A stretch of 64,000 nt of DNA from Sedimentisphaerales bacterium (lineage in GTDB: Bacteria > Planctomycetota > Phycisphaerae > Sedimentisphaerales > SM23-30): the NCBI GenBank assembly GCA_963666285.1, contig OY762711.1, one strand, 5' to 3'. Numbering within the stretch: the stretch's first letter is position 1; every line of letters begins with the position of its first letter. A program made the translations under genes and the position numbers. Below the pieces are notes generated by a model, which did no database searches, was not told where the DNA came from, and worked only from the letters and a program-made list of their open reading frames with translations. Of this stretch, positions 1 to 9,704 are shown piece by piece.

Positions 1-287
1 AAAAAGCGTCAAATTCCAATATATCAACACCTGGCGATGCGTTGTGGTGGAGCTTTGTGACAATAACAACGGTAGGCTATGGAGATTTTTACCCGGTTAC
101 AGATGAGGGGCGAGCGATAGCTGCGTTGCTTATGCTGACAGGAGTGGGGCTGTTTGGTACGTTTACCGGATTTGTCGCTACGTGGTTTATCGAAGACGAG
201 GAAAAGGAACAGACAGAGGAAATGGAAGAAATACGGCAGGAACTGGCAGAGATAAGGAAGATATTGGAGCGTAAAGAAAATGCATAA
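1..287 (+). CDS. Potassium channel protein, 3' part (starts before window)
   Basis: Open frame from the window edge: DALWWSFVTITTVGYGD (K+ selectivity filter), then a TM helix and a coiled-coil tail. Confidence 0.92.
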   Translation, partial: KASNSNISTPGDALWWSFVTITTVGYGDFYPVTDEGRAIAALLMLTGVGLFGTFTGFVATWFIEDEEKEQTEEMEEIRQELAEIRKILERKENA

Positions 288-514
288 GAAATATGGGGGG
301 AATGGGAACATATAAGATGGATGGGGAAAGCAGGTAAGAGGTAAGGATTAAGCATCGCAGATGTTTTGGAAGGATGGTTACAAGAGTTAGCGATGGGGAT
401 AGCGGGGCGATGGAGGATTTTTGAGTGGTTATGTCGTTGTTTCAGGTTTGTCGAGTTTGGTGGTTGAGTGTGTTAATGGTCAAAATAATGCAGTTATATG
501 CCGGGTAACAGCCT

Positions 515-567
515 GTTAGACGAATAAAACTTACATATGTCCATCATGTCGTAACGATAGTCCATTT
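515..567 (+). promoter_or_regulatory. Conserved upstream motif, copy 1 (GTCCAT direct repeats 21 bp apart)
   Basis: 531-567 matches 3569-3605 at 32/37 positions; TG-c-TACAAT -10-like element at 586-594. Confidence 0.55.
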
Positions 568-803
568 ATTTTAAATCTATCGATGTGCTACAATTGCCGA
601 TGGTATTTACGGACAGTTAAGTATTGTAAAGTTCAATTATATTTGTATAAAGATATTTGATGTATGCTTTAAGTTTTGCTTCTTGTTTAAGGCATAATTT
701 TAGAGTATGATATAATTTGTTTAGAGTCGGTAACAGGCCGATATATCTGAAAACAAATTGTGAAAGTTAATAATTAAGGTGTTTGAATATCGTCTAGAGC
801 ATT

Positions 804-912
804 TATACACATTGGGAGAGTATGATTTTGCCCGATTCTCGTAAGGTAGATAATGATAATGTGGATCATTTATGCCAGGTTCGAGTGGGTAATTTCAGCT
901 GTTATGGGGATA
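804..912 (+). repeat. Diverged ~105-bp repeat, copy 1 (copy 2 at 4764-4870)
   Basis: Collinear shared blocks tatacac, gtatgattttg, aaggta, taatgt, atttat, gggta, tttca, tgttatggg. Confidence 0.65.
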
Positions 913-1068
913 TATGCAAGAGGGGGGCCTTTATGGACGATATGTCGGTGCCACAATGGAGCGTTGTGCTCGTTGGATTTTTGATATTAAGATAAGCATG
1001 TGTTGTAGGCATGTAATCTGTTTTAAGGCCTCTATCGGCAGGACAATTTTTAAAAGGAGATTTTAGGG

Positions 1069-3123
1069 ATGAAGCAAAAATTTGCATGCCTAATAGCGTT
1101 AACGCTAATTTTCTCAAACTATCAATTCGCAAAGGGTAGTCTCGTAGCTGAATACAGTTTTGAAGAAGGTACCTATTCTGGAACAGAAGGTGCTTTAACG
1201 ATAAGCGATAGTTCAGGTAATGGCAATGACGGCACAATTAAAAAAACAGGAACAACTGTTGTAGTTGATGAAGATCGCGGCAGTGTTCTGAATATTTCAA
1301 GTGAGTCCAGTGGCGGAATGCATGTAGATATTGATCTGCCGGAAGGCGATAAGTCAGTAGCGTTCTGGTGTAAGACAGCAGACCGGGATGGATATGTATT
1401 TGATAACCAGAGCCCTCGCAGTACCCTGTCTATGGGAGGCTCTACCAGCGGCATGTATGGTTACAGTTATAATGGCAGCGGCTGGTGTGCCGGTACAATT
1501 GAATGTCTATCCGACGATCAGTGGCATCATTATGCCTTTACCTTGAATCATGCTGAGACTGTTATGACGGTATACCTGGACGGGTCCGAACTAGAGACTA
1601 TCAGTATTCCTACCGGAGCCGGTGCTATGGTGCCAGCCAGTACGACAGTATTCTTTTCGCGATATTCAGATAATATGGGTGTAAAAGTTGGAAGTTTTGA
1701 TGATCTGTCAGTTTACGATCATGTATTGTCAGCAGTAGAAGTAAGCGGCATGTATTTAGGCGGGTCAGCGGTTGCTCCGACTCCTGAAGATGGCGAAACA
1801 GGCGTCGATGTGGAGATTTCAGCATTGAGCTGGGGTGCACCAGGAGCCTATGAAAACGGGACATATGATGTATATTTTGGAACAGTTGAGCCAAATGAGC
1901 TTTTGGCTGATTATGGATTGACAAAATTGACAGCATCGCCGATAAGCGAAACAAGTATCGATCCAATGCCGGCAGGAGACCTGGAGTATAATACAAAATA
2001 TTACTGGATTGTGGATTCGTTTGAGCCGGGTAATTCCGAGGCATATCAAGGCAAAACATGGTCGTTTGTGACAGCGTTGGAAGACAGATTTCCAGTAGTA
2101 ACACCCGGCAGCAGCTATATAACCTGGCCTGATATTCTGCCTCAGACAGTATCAGCGACGGTAGATGATAATGCCGAAGGCGATATTGCGGATGTTACCT
2201 GGACGATTTCCGGTTATCCCGATCAGTCTGAACCTGCGGCTATGCAGCTGCTGGACCGCGGTATGACATCGGAAGCGGCAATAGCTCAGAAGGCAGCCGG
2301 TTTTGATCCTAATATGCTGTGTGATTTTATCGGGACAGATTCGCGTTCAAGCGACCCAATGACATTGACGCTGACAGGTCTGCCGGCGGGCAGCTATACC
2401 TGGACATCAGTTCACCACGACCTTGGAGACCAGACTGGTAAGTTTGATGTATATGTTGACGGTGTGCTGGTAGATGAGGCAGTAGATATTTCGGCATCAA
2501 CCGAGGAAGTTACAGTATATACAACAACTCTGACGTCAGACGGTACTAATCCGATTGCACTGACATTTGACACTCTGCCGGGCAGTAATGTAAGGGAGAT
2601 GTGGTTTGTGATGAATTGTTTTGAATTGACAAACGGTGTCGATACCATGAAGGTGGACTTTACCGCAACAGCAGACCCACAGGAAAAGATAGCTCCGGGT
2701 TACCAGGGTTACCTGGCAACACATGAAGCTGCCGATAGCTTTACCGCACAAGATTTCAGTTTTGGCTCTGCAACAGTGACAATAGCACCAGCGTGGGATC
2801 CGATGAATGCCGGATGGATAACAGCAAGCATTGAAAGCGTATCTGGCGATGTGCTGGCACTGGCGGCAACCTTTACAACAAACTATGCTGGTGATTATGA
2901 GTTGACGTGTACGGTAACAGATGCAAGTGGTCAGTCAGATTCAGCAACAGTGACAGTACAAGTTGTTGAAGATGCGTGCGTGGCAGCAAGTATGTCCAGT
3001 GACTGGAAAGGTTACAATTCATATGACATAGATGAAAATTGTGTTGTTGACCTTTCAGATTTTGCCTTGTTTGCGGCTGAATGGCTGGAAGATATGGCAA
3101 AGACAGAAGCAGTTGCCTACTAG
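1069..3123 (+). CDS. Secreted LamG (concanavalin-like) domain protein with Ig-like domains and C-terminal dockerin-like motif
   Basis: AGGAG RBS; signal peptide; DSSGNGNDG...WHHYAFT...FDDLSVYDHVLS LamG pattern; YYWIVD motif; terminal DIDENCVVDLSDFALFAAEWL. Confidence 0.85.
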   Translation: MKQKFACLIALTLIFSNYQFAKGSLVAEYSFEEGTYSGTEGALTISDSSGNGNDGTIKKTGTTVVVDEDRGSVLNISSESSGGMHVDIDLPEGDKSVAFWCKTADRDGYVFDNQSPRSTLSMGGSTSGMYGYSYNGSGWCAGTIECLSDDQWHHYAFTLNHAETVMTVYLDGSELETISIPTGAGAMVPASTTVFFSRYSDNMGVKVGSFDDLSVYDHVLSAVEVSGMYLGGSAVAPTPEDGETGVDVEISALSWGAPGAYENGTYDVYFGTVEPNELLADYGLTKLTASPISETSIDPMPAGDLEYNTKYYWIVDSFEPGNSEAYQGKTWSFVTALEDRFPVVTPGSSYITWPDILPQTVSATVDDNAEGDIADVTWTISGYPDQSEPAAMQLLDRGMTSEAAIAQKAAGFDPNMLCDFIGTDSRSSDPMTLTLTGLPAGSYTWTSVHHDLGDQTGKFDVYVDGVLVDEAVDISASTEEVTVYTTTLTSDGTNPIALTFDTLPGSNVREMWFVMNCFELTNGVDTMKVDFTATADPQEKIAPGYQGYLATHEAADSFTAQDFSFGSATVTIAPAWDPMNAGWITASIESVSGDVLALAATFTTNYAGDYELTCTVTDASGQSDSATVTVQVVEDACVAASMSSDWKGYNSYDIDENCVVDLSDFALFAAEWLEDMAKTEAVAY

Positions 3124-3153
3124 GTTTAGCATTATCTTTAGATAACTAATTTC

Positions 3154-3173
3154 GTAACCGTTCACACGGTTAC
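3154..3173 (+). terminator. Stem-loop downstream of LamG gene
   Basis: gtaaccgt-tcac-acggttac, perfect 8-bp stem; no clear U tract. Confidence 0.4.
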
Positions 3174-3552
3174 AGTAATAAGATATAAGTAAAAAGAAAT
3201 AAGCTAAGGTGTCGCTTATCGCGAACTATTAAAAAGCTTCGCAAACTCAGAATCTGACACAAATGACGCACCTGTGAATGCTTACCTAATTTCTATAATA
3301 TTTGATGAGCGTTTGGTAGAGTTAATCATACTCAATCATCGCTCATCATTTTTTTGCAATTTGCTTGAAAGAATTGATAATGCGTTTTTGGCAGGTGGCA
3401 ATTATGAGAGATGTGCTTTTGGATGTTCGACATTATCAGTCAAGGTCGGAAAAAGTTCGATAAAGAGAAAAGCCAATAATGAAAAGAATGGTTTTGGTGT
3501 TATCGATTTTCGCATTGTAATTGTTTAAGCAGTTAACCTGTTAAATTAGTGA

Positions 3553-3605
3553 GTTAGAAAACAAAAAGTTACATATGTCCATTATGTAATAACGTTAATC
3601 CATTT
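3553..3605 (+). promoter_or_regulatory. Conserved upstream motif, copy 2
   Basis: See copy 1; RTCCAT at 3577 and 3598; TATACT -10-like element at 3625-3630. Confidence 0.55.
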
Positions 3606-3756
3606 TACAAAACGATAATATTATTATACTAATTATTAGTGTAGTGTAAAAGCACAGCTTTGCGCTTTCGGTAATATATAGCTGAATTTTGCCTGTTGAT
3701 AAGATTGCAGGCAACATCTGAAAAGTGCAATAATACCTAATATCCAATAAACAGGA

Positions 3757-4641
3757 ATGAAGATGAGCCAGAGAAAAATTAAAACATTGAACCGGGCATT
3801 TACTTTGATAGAACTTCTTGTTGTTATTTCAATAATAGCATTACTGGTTAGTATTTTGATGCCGGCGTTGAATAAGGCGAAGATGCAGGCTACCAGTGCG
3901 GTATGCCTGACCAATATGAAACAATTGTCCACAGGCTGGTTTATGTATGCAATGGATAATGATGACAGTATTATCAGGGCAACAATGGGCGAGTCGTCTG
4001 AGATTAAAGGCAGTTGGATAGGCTGTCCCCGTGATGAAAATGGGAATTATATGACGCATGAGCAGGTTACTCCGCCAGTAGAAGATGAAGATGAGATACG
4101 AGGGATAGAAGAAGGAGCACTATATAAGTATGTCGATGTTCCTGAAACATATCATTGTCCCGGCGAGAGGTTGAGTAAGCGTAAAAGCAAATATGACGGG
4201 ACGACGGTTTTTGTTTCTTATGCAGTACCTGAATGTTTGAATGGAGTAAATAACCAATTTAAGCAAGTAATAAAATTAAATAAGATTAAGACGCCGTCTG
4301 AAAAATATAATTTTGTCGAATCGGCTGAGGAGCGGAATTATAACTATCGAGCTCATTTTGTGATTGGAACACCAGAGCTTTCCAGTGCAGGAGGAGTCTG
4401 GCATTGGTGGGGTCCGATGGCTATTAACCATGGGCGAAGCGGTAATCTTGGATATTGCGACGGTCATGCAGAGAATAAAGTGTGGGAGAATCAATTTACT
4501 ATTGATCGAGTAAAGAAGCTTAGTGCCCAGTCGGTTGCTCTCTATAATCTGGAACTTCCGGAAGGTGGAACCGAAGATCTTGAATTTATGGCACGAGGTT
4601 GGCCGGCAAGTCAGACATCATTTGTGTTTAAGAACAAATAA
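3757..4641 (+). CDS. Prepilin-type N-terminal methylation protein with H-X9-DG motif (DUF1559-like)
   Basis: AFTLIELLVVISIIALLVSILMPAL...C..N.KQ N-terminus; C-terminal NHGRSGNLGYCDGHA. Confidence 0.9.
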   Translation: MKMSQRKIKTLNRAFTLIELLVVISIIALLVSILMPALNKAKMQATSAVCLTNMKQLSTGWFMYAMDNDDSIIRATMGESSEIKGSWIGCPRDENGNYMTHEQVTPPVEDEDEIRGIEEGALYKYVDVPETYHCPGERLSKRKSKYDGTTVFVSYAVPECLNGVNNQFKQVIKLNKIKTPSEKYNFVESAEERNYNYRAHFVIGTPELSSAGGVWHWWGPMAINHGRSGNLGYCDGHAENKVWENQFTIDRVKKLSAQSVALYNLELPEGGTEDLEFMARGWPASQTSFVFKNK

Positions 4642-4763
4642 CTCAAACCGGTCTGAGGCCATTGAAAGAGATAAGGGATTGGGAAATAGGGGCAGGTAAG
4701 ACAGAGTAGCGGTTGTGTGAGTTCGGGGCATAGGGTGAGTCAGGACATGGGTATCGGTTTGTC

Positions 4764-4870
4764 TATACACAGGAGTGTATGATTTTGACTGGTTGTTTGG
4801 AAGGTAAATAATGGTAATGTAATTATTTATATTACGCTTGGACGGGTATTTTCAATTGTTATGGGTACAT
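4764..4870 (+). repeat. Diverged ~105-bp repeat, copy 2
   Basis: Aligns with 804-912. Confidence 0.65.
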
Positions 4871-5178
4871 CCTGGCTATATCTCAGCGTTCTGGAAAAGC
4901 AGAAAGTATTATATTGTGTTTTTGGAGGAGGGGTGTAAAAAAAATAGGGGTTATCCGTTATGAGTAAAGCAGGCTTTTTACTTATAAACTCTTTGCCGGG
5001 TAATATTTATGTAACATTTTACCGGTCGGGTGGTTTTTGTTTGTTTTTCATGTATTGTTATGATAAAATTATCAATTGTAGAGTGAATTTTTGAGTAATA
5101 TTGAGTACTAACTGTCCTGGAAAATTTGACGTGTAAGGTCATGTTTCCCGGATAGGATAACTGAGTGGAGAAACTTAA

Positions 5179-5766
5179 ATGAAGAAGAAGTTGTTTGTGC
5201 TTGCGGTTTTGGTATGTTTAATTTCACCTGCAGTAAATGCGGCGATAGATTCGGTTACATTTGATGTTTCAGATCCATTATCATTTTCGATGAATGCCGA
5301 GCAGTATTTTATCAGCTGTGATATTGATATAAGGGTAAGTGAAAATGATACAGCGTTAATAGCTGATATTTTTGACTGGGACAGTTTCGCATCGACCGAG
5401 ACATTTACCGGTTATATGTTTGGTGAAAGAGAGATCGAATGGCTGGTGCCGGCAGCAATCATTAATACATTAACACTGGATTCCGACAGTTATGCAAATG
5501 TAACTTGTACCGCAACATCGCCACAGTCAAGTGTGTATAAAAGTTCAGAGATGTTTAGTGTATCATTTGCGGAAGGCTGGGGCTATGCAGGTTTGGATGA
5601 GCCGGCGATAGCGACAATAGAGATTTATGCTAAAAGTATAGACTCATTCCAGACAGCGGGCGATTACTCAGATGTAGTAATTGGCAGTTTTACCGTCGTG
5701 CCTGAACCGTTTACTCTTGGCCTGTTGTCTGTCGGCGGGCTTGCGGTATTGCGAAGAAGAGGATAA
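5179..5766 (+). CDS. PEP-CTERM sorting domain protein
   Basis: GGAG RBS; signal peptide; C-terminal VPEPFTLGLLSVGGLAVLRRRG. Confidence 0.92.
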   Translation: MKKKLFVLAVLVCLISPAVNAAIDSVTFDVSDPLSFSMNAEQYFISCDIDIRVSENDTALIADIFDWDSFASTETFTGYMFGEREIEWLVPAAIINTLTLDSDSYANVTCTATSPQSSVYKSSEMFSVSFAEGWGYAGLDEPAIATIEIYAKSIDSFQTAGDYSDVVIGSFTVVPEPFTLGLLSVGGLAVLRRRG

Positions 5767-5940
5767 TACAGGCTGTTGGAAATCGGCAAGTGAGAATAGC
5801 GGCAGGAAAAGCTGGTTTGAAATTTACAATCGGATAAGATGCAGACTGCCTAGGGCAGTTACGCTGATGTGATAGTAGTTTAATGCCAGCGTGTAATGAG
5901 GTTTATTTATATAGGCCGGTTAAGTTGTATTGAGATAATA

Positions 5941-5976
5941 AAAAAAGGGCTGGAAGTAATATTCCAAGCCCTTTTC
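5941..5976. terminator. Bidirectional intrinsic terminator
   Basis: aaaaaagggc-tggaa...ttcca-agcccttttc between convergent genes. Confidence 0.8.
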
Positions 5977-6005
5977 ATTTTATATAATAATAACCTGCGG
6001 TAAGA

Positions 6006-7808
6006 CTAAAGTTTGAGTCCTAGCGGGTTGTCGCTGCCATCATGGCCGCCGATGCCGCCTTTGAGGTTCTTCTTGCGTTTTGGTTTGGCAGGAGCAGCGG
6101 TAGTATCTTCTGCGGTTTCCTGCGCGGTTTCGTCGGCAGGAGTTTCCATGAGAGCCTTGATGGAAAGAGCGATTCGCTTGCGTCTAGGATCAACTTCCAG
6201 TACCCTGACTTTAACCTCTTCGCCTTCAGAGACCGCGTCTCCGGCACGTTTGATGTGTTTGTCAGAAAGTTCTGAAATGTGAATAAGTCCGTCAACGCCA
6301 GGTTCGAGTTCGACAAAAGCGCCGAAGTCGCTGAGACGAACCACCTTGCCGGTGTAATCGTTTTCCGGAGCGTATTTCTCTTCGATATTTTCCCAAGGGT
6401 TGCCCTGAACGGCCTTGATACTCATGGATATCTGTTTGTCTTCCTTTGAGCATTTTAGAATCTCAACATCGACAACATCGCCTTCTGAGACCACTTCTTT
6501 TGGATGGTTAACTCTGCCAAGCCAGCTCATTTCGCTGACCGGTATAAGACCTTCTATGCCAGGTTCTAGTTGAGCGAAGGCCCCGAAGTTCATTAGTCGA
6601 ACGATTTTAGCCTGGCAATGCATGCCGACCGGGAATTTCTGGTCAACAGTTGCCCATGGGTCGCCTGAAACCAGCTTCATGCTGAGAGCGAGTCTTTTCT
6701 TTTCCCGGTTGACTTCTTTAATGAAAACATCTACCTGCTGGCCGACAACGAGGAATTCCGAAGGTTTATCGATGTGAGCCCAGCTGATTTCGCTGACATG
6801 AACAAGGCCGTCTATGCCACCGAGGTCGATAAACGCACCGTAGTCCATAATGCTGCGAACAGTACCTTTGCGAATCTGTCCCTGTTCGAGCTGGTCCCAG
6901 AGCTGTGCAGCGTTTGCCTTATGTTCTGCTTCGATAATTTTGCGGCGGCTGATAACGATATTACGGTCGTTACGGTCAGCCTGGGTAACAGCACAGATAA
7001 ATTTCTGGCCGACAAGTTTATCTTTATCTTCGTCTTCGATTCGATGAATGTCAATTTGAGAAATCGGCATGAAAGCCTTGATGCCGCCCTTGATCTTCAT
7101 ATCCAGTCCGCCCTTATTGGAACCGGTAACAGTTGCTTCGACATGGTCGCCGACCTTTAGGTTTTTGAGCATGATCTGCTGGGTAGCGGCGTTGCGGGAG
7201 AGAATGACGATGCCGTCTTTCGGGTCGCGTCCGACAATACATACATCAATCGGATCGCCTTCCTTTAAGACTTCGTCCGGCTCAAATTCGTCTTTTGGCA
7301 GAAAACCTTCCGATTTGCCGCCCAGCCCGGTAATAAAAGCACCGTCAGCTTCGACTTTATATATTGTGCCTCGCAGAATTCCCGGAATTGGTTTATCGTC
7401 GGTAATATCGGCAGCAGAATCAGCAGGTTGGTCTTTTGAAGGAGCCGGTCTGCTGAGATCAATATCCATAAGTGACACATCTCCAAGAGCTTGCGCGACT
7501 TCCGCTTCGATATCATCATCTTGCTCCGGCCCAGGAATAGCGACCTGGCCATAACTCTGAGCAGCAGGCGAGTCAGGCTGAGGCTGGAATGCCGGATGCT
7601 GGTCTTTTGGTAAAACGACCACGTGGTCAGGAGTTTTAATATCTTCTGAACCAGCGACAGGCTGCTGTTCTGTCTGATCAGCGTTTTCAGTGATATTAGC
7701 ATCAGCTTCTGAACTTTGAGTTTCAGGAGCAGGATTCTGGTTCTGGTTTTCAGCATTTTCAGCTGGAATTTCTACATTATCGTTGTTTTTTTCTGGGGTT
7801 TCATTCAT
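6006..7808 (-). CDS. Ribosomal protein S1-like protein (five S1 repeats, long acidic N-terminal extension)
   Basis: Repeated S1 motifs ([55 protein letters not shown]); ~140-aa E/Q/P/D-rich N-terminus. Confidence 0.88.
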   Translation of the reverse strand: MNETPEKNNDNVEIPAENAENQNQNPAPETQSSEADANITENADQTEQQPVAGSEDIKTPDHVVVLPKDQHPAFQPQPDSPAAQSYGQVAIPGPEQDDDIEAEVAQALGDVSLMDIDLSRPAPSKDQPADSAADITDDKPIPGILRGTIYKVEADGAFITGLGGKSEGFLPKDEFEPDEVLKEGDPIDVCIVGRDPKDGIVILSRNAATQQIMLKNLKVGDHVEATVTGSNKGGLDMKIKGGIKAFMPISQIDIHRIEDEDKDKLVGQKFICAVTQADRNDRNIVISRRKIIEAEHKANAAQLWDQLEQGQIRKGTVRSIMDYGAFIDLGGIDGLVHVSEISWAHIDKPSEFLVVGQQVDVFIKEVNREKKRLALSMKLVSGDPWATVDQKFPVGMHCQAKIVRLMNFGAFAQLEPGIEGLIPVSEMSWLGRVNHPKEVVSEGDVVDVEILKCSKEDKQISMSIKAVQGNPWENIEEKYAPENDYTGKVVRLSDFGAFVELEPGVDGLIHISELSDKHIKRAGDAVSEGEEVKVRVLEVDPRRKRIALSIKALMETPADETAQETAEDTTAAPAKPKRKKNLKGGIGGHDGSDNPLGLKL

Positions 7809-8213
7809 TTTACTAAAGACCTTAGTTAATACAAAAGTATAAATATATATATGGCAAGTACTTATATTTTAATGGTGATAAGTGGAGCCAGTTTCTCATT
7901 TTTCTAACAGCAATAATCATATTGTAAGAAATTAGATCGACAAAAAACTACCATTGGATTATCAAAAAATCGAAAAGGAGGCTTAATGATGGCTAATTAT
8001 CTCATCTTAACTTGTAATTAGGCTTAACCCAAAGAGCAAAGCATTATAGCTGTCTTTTGGTGGTTTGTCCATAACTAATTGTCAGAATATAATCGTGTTT
8101 CGTCGTATTTTGGCAGTAAAATGTCAGCTGTGGGAAAAGATATAGTTCGGGGAGTTAAAAATATGATTATATGGCTTGATAAAGGCAGTATAAGTGGTTA
8201 ATATGTAAAATGT

Positions 8214-9611
8214 ATGGATACAAAAACAATTAATTACGTAGCGCTTGGATGCGCCAAAAATCAAATTGATGCCGAGAAAATGCTTGGCTCACTCACCTCA
8301 GCCGGATATGTCTTAGTAGGCCCGGATGATCATGCAGACGCAACGATAATCAACACCTGTGGATTTATAGAAGATGCTCGCACTGAAGCAGTCGCTCATA
8401 TCGAATGGGCATTGGAACAGAAGAGCAAGGGAAATGTAGGTTTTGTTATTGTTACCGGATGCCTGGCCCAGTTATGGGGTGAGGAATGTTTTGAAAAGAT
8501 CAGCAGTGATATTGATGCCATTGTTCGCCTTGATAAGCGAGACAAGCTGGTAGAGATCCTGGGAAGCCTGCTGAAAGGGGATAGTAAAGTCGGTCAGGTT
8601 CATGGAGTTGAGAAATGGAGCGGGGTGTCGAGCGATCACGAACGAATGAGGCTTACAGATCGGAGTTGGGCATATCTAAGGATAAGTGAAGGGTGTAACC
8701 GCTGGTGCAGTTATTGTACAATCCCATCGATCCGGGGCGAGTTTCGCAGTAAGAGTATGTCCGAGATAGTCTCAGAGGCAAAAGAGCTGATAGCGGATGG
8801 TGCGATTGAGATTAACCTGATCGGCCAGGAGACGAGTTTGTGGGGAAGCGACATTGAGGGCAGCGGCGGGCTGGCCGCTTTGTTGAGAGAGCTGAATAAA
8901 TTGGAAGGTTTGCTCTGGCTGAGGGTAATGTATACCCATCCGGCCAGTTTGAGTGATGAGATAATAGAAGCGATGGCGGAATGCGAGAGAGTGGTACCTT
9001 ATGTCGATTTACCACTGCAGCATATCAATGACAGGATTCTCAAATTAATGAATCGCCGTGTAGACCGCGATTATGTTGAAGATTTGATCCAGAAGCTGCG
9101 TGAGCGGATCCCCGGAGTGGTTGTCAGGACAACAATGATAGTAGGGTTTCCATCGGAGAGCGAAGCAGAGTTTCGCGAGATGGTTGATTTCGTAAAGGAA
9201 ACCGAGTTCGATATGCTCGGAGCGTTTGCGTATTCGGCGGAGCCGGGAACGGCAGCGGCGGAGATAGAAGGTCATATTGATGATGAGTTAAAAGAGAAAA
9301 GGCTTGAGGAACTTATGCTGGCACAACAGGATATAGCCTTTGAGAAAGCCGCTTCGCAGATTGGCAGTGAATATGATTGTTTGCTGGTGAACTATATATA
9401 TGAGGAAGACCTGGAAGAACTGGGGCTGGATAAAGAGCTGCAGTGGTTTGAGGGCCGGTCGGCAATGCAGGGGCCCGAAGTTGACAGTGCAACCTGGGTT
9501 GGGATAGATGACGCAGATGAGATAGTACCGGGAATGATAATCGAAGTTAAGGTAGTGGATGCCGTGGATTATGACCTGGTAGCGGTACCAACAGGAAGAT
9601 CCTTGTGTTAA
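8214..9611 (+). CDS. rimO: Ribosomal protein S12 methylthiotransferase
   Basis: LGCAKNQIDAE, NTCGFIEDA, AYLRISEGCNRWCSYCTIPSIRG, C-terminal TRAM domain with GRS...PEVD. Confidence 0.93.
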   Translation: MDTKTINYVALGCAKNQIDAEKMLGSLTSAGYVLVGPDDHADATIINTCGFIEDARTEAVAHIEWALEQKSKGNVGFVIVTGCLAQLWGEECFEKISSDIDAIVRLDKRDKLVEILGSLLKGDSKVGQVHGVEKWSGVSSDHERMRLTDRSWAYLRISEGCNRWCSYCTIPSIRGEFRSKSMSEIVSEAKELIADGAIEINLIGQETSLWGSDIEGSGGLAALLRELNKLEGLLWLRVMYTHPASLSDEIIEAMAECERVVPYVDLPLQHINDRILKLMNRRVDRDYVEDLIQKLRERIPGVVVRTTMIVGFPSESEAEFREMVDFVKETEFDMLGAFAYSAEPGTAAAEIEGHIDDELKEKRLEELMLAQQDIAFEKAASQIGSEYDCLLVNYIYEEDLEELGLDKELQWFEGRSAMQGPEVDSATWVGIDDADEIVPGMIIEVKVVDAVDYDLVAVPTGRSLC

Positions 9612-9633
9612 TGTAGTCTTGAAGTGTTTCAAC

Positions 9634-9661
9634 TTGCAGGCTTTAATCAAAATGATAGACT
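9634..9661 (+). promoter_or_regulatory. Candidate sigma70 promoter of the radical SAM cluster
   Basis: TTGCAG-N16-TAGACT with extended -10 TG, in the rimO/cluster spacer. Confidence 0.4.
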
Positions 9662-9704
9662 TAAGCAGTCCGATAGGCAGTAAAAGTGTAAAGTCGTATA
9701 AATA

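Noticed and set aside
3225..3290. c-di-GMP-I riboswitch
   Set aside because: Only cgcaaac...tct resembles it; the GGCAAA/GNRA P2 architecture is missing
3274..3528. 84-aa intergenic ORF
   Set aside because: No RBS, overlaps a terminator-like hairpin, no recognisable motif
4718..4762. IS481-like terminal repeats (ggggcataggg / caggacatggg)
   Set aside because: Too degenerate; no transposase or opposite end
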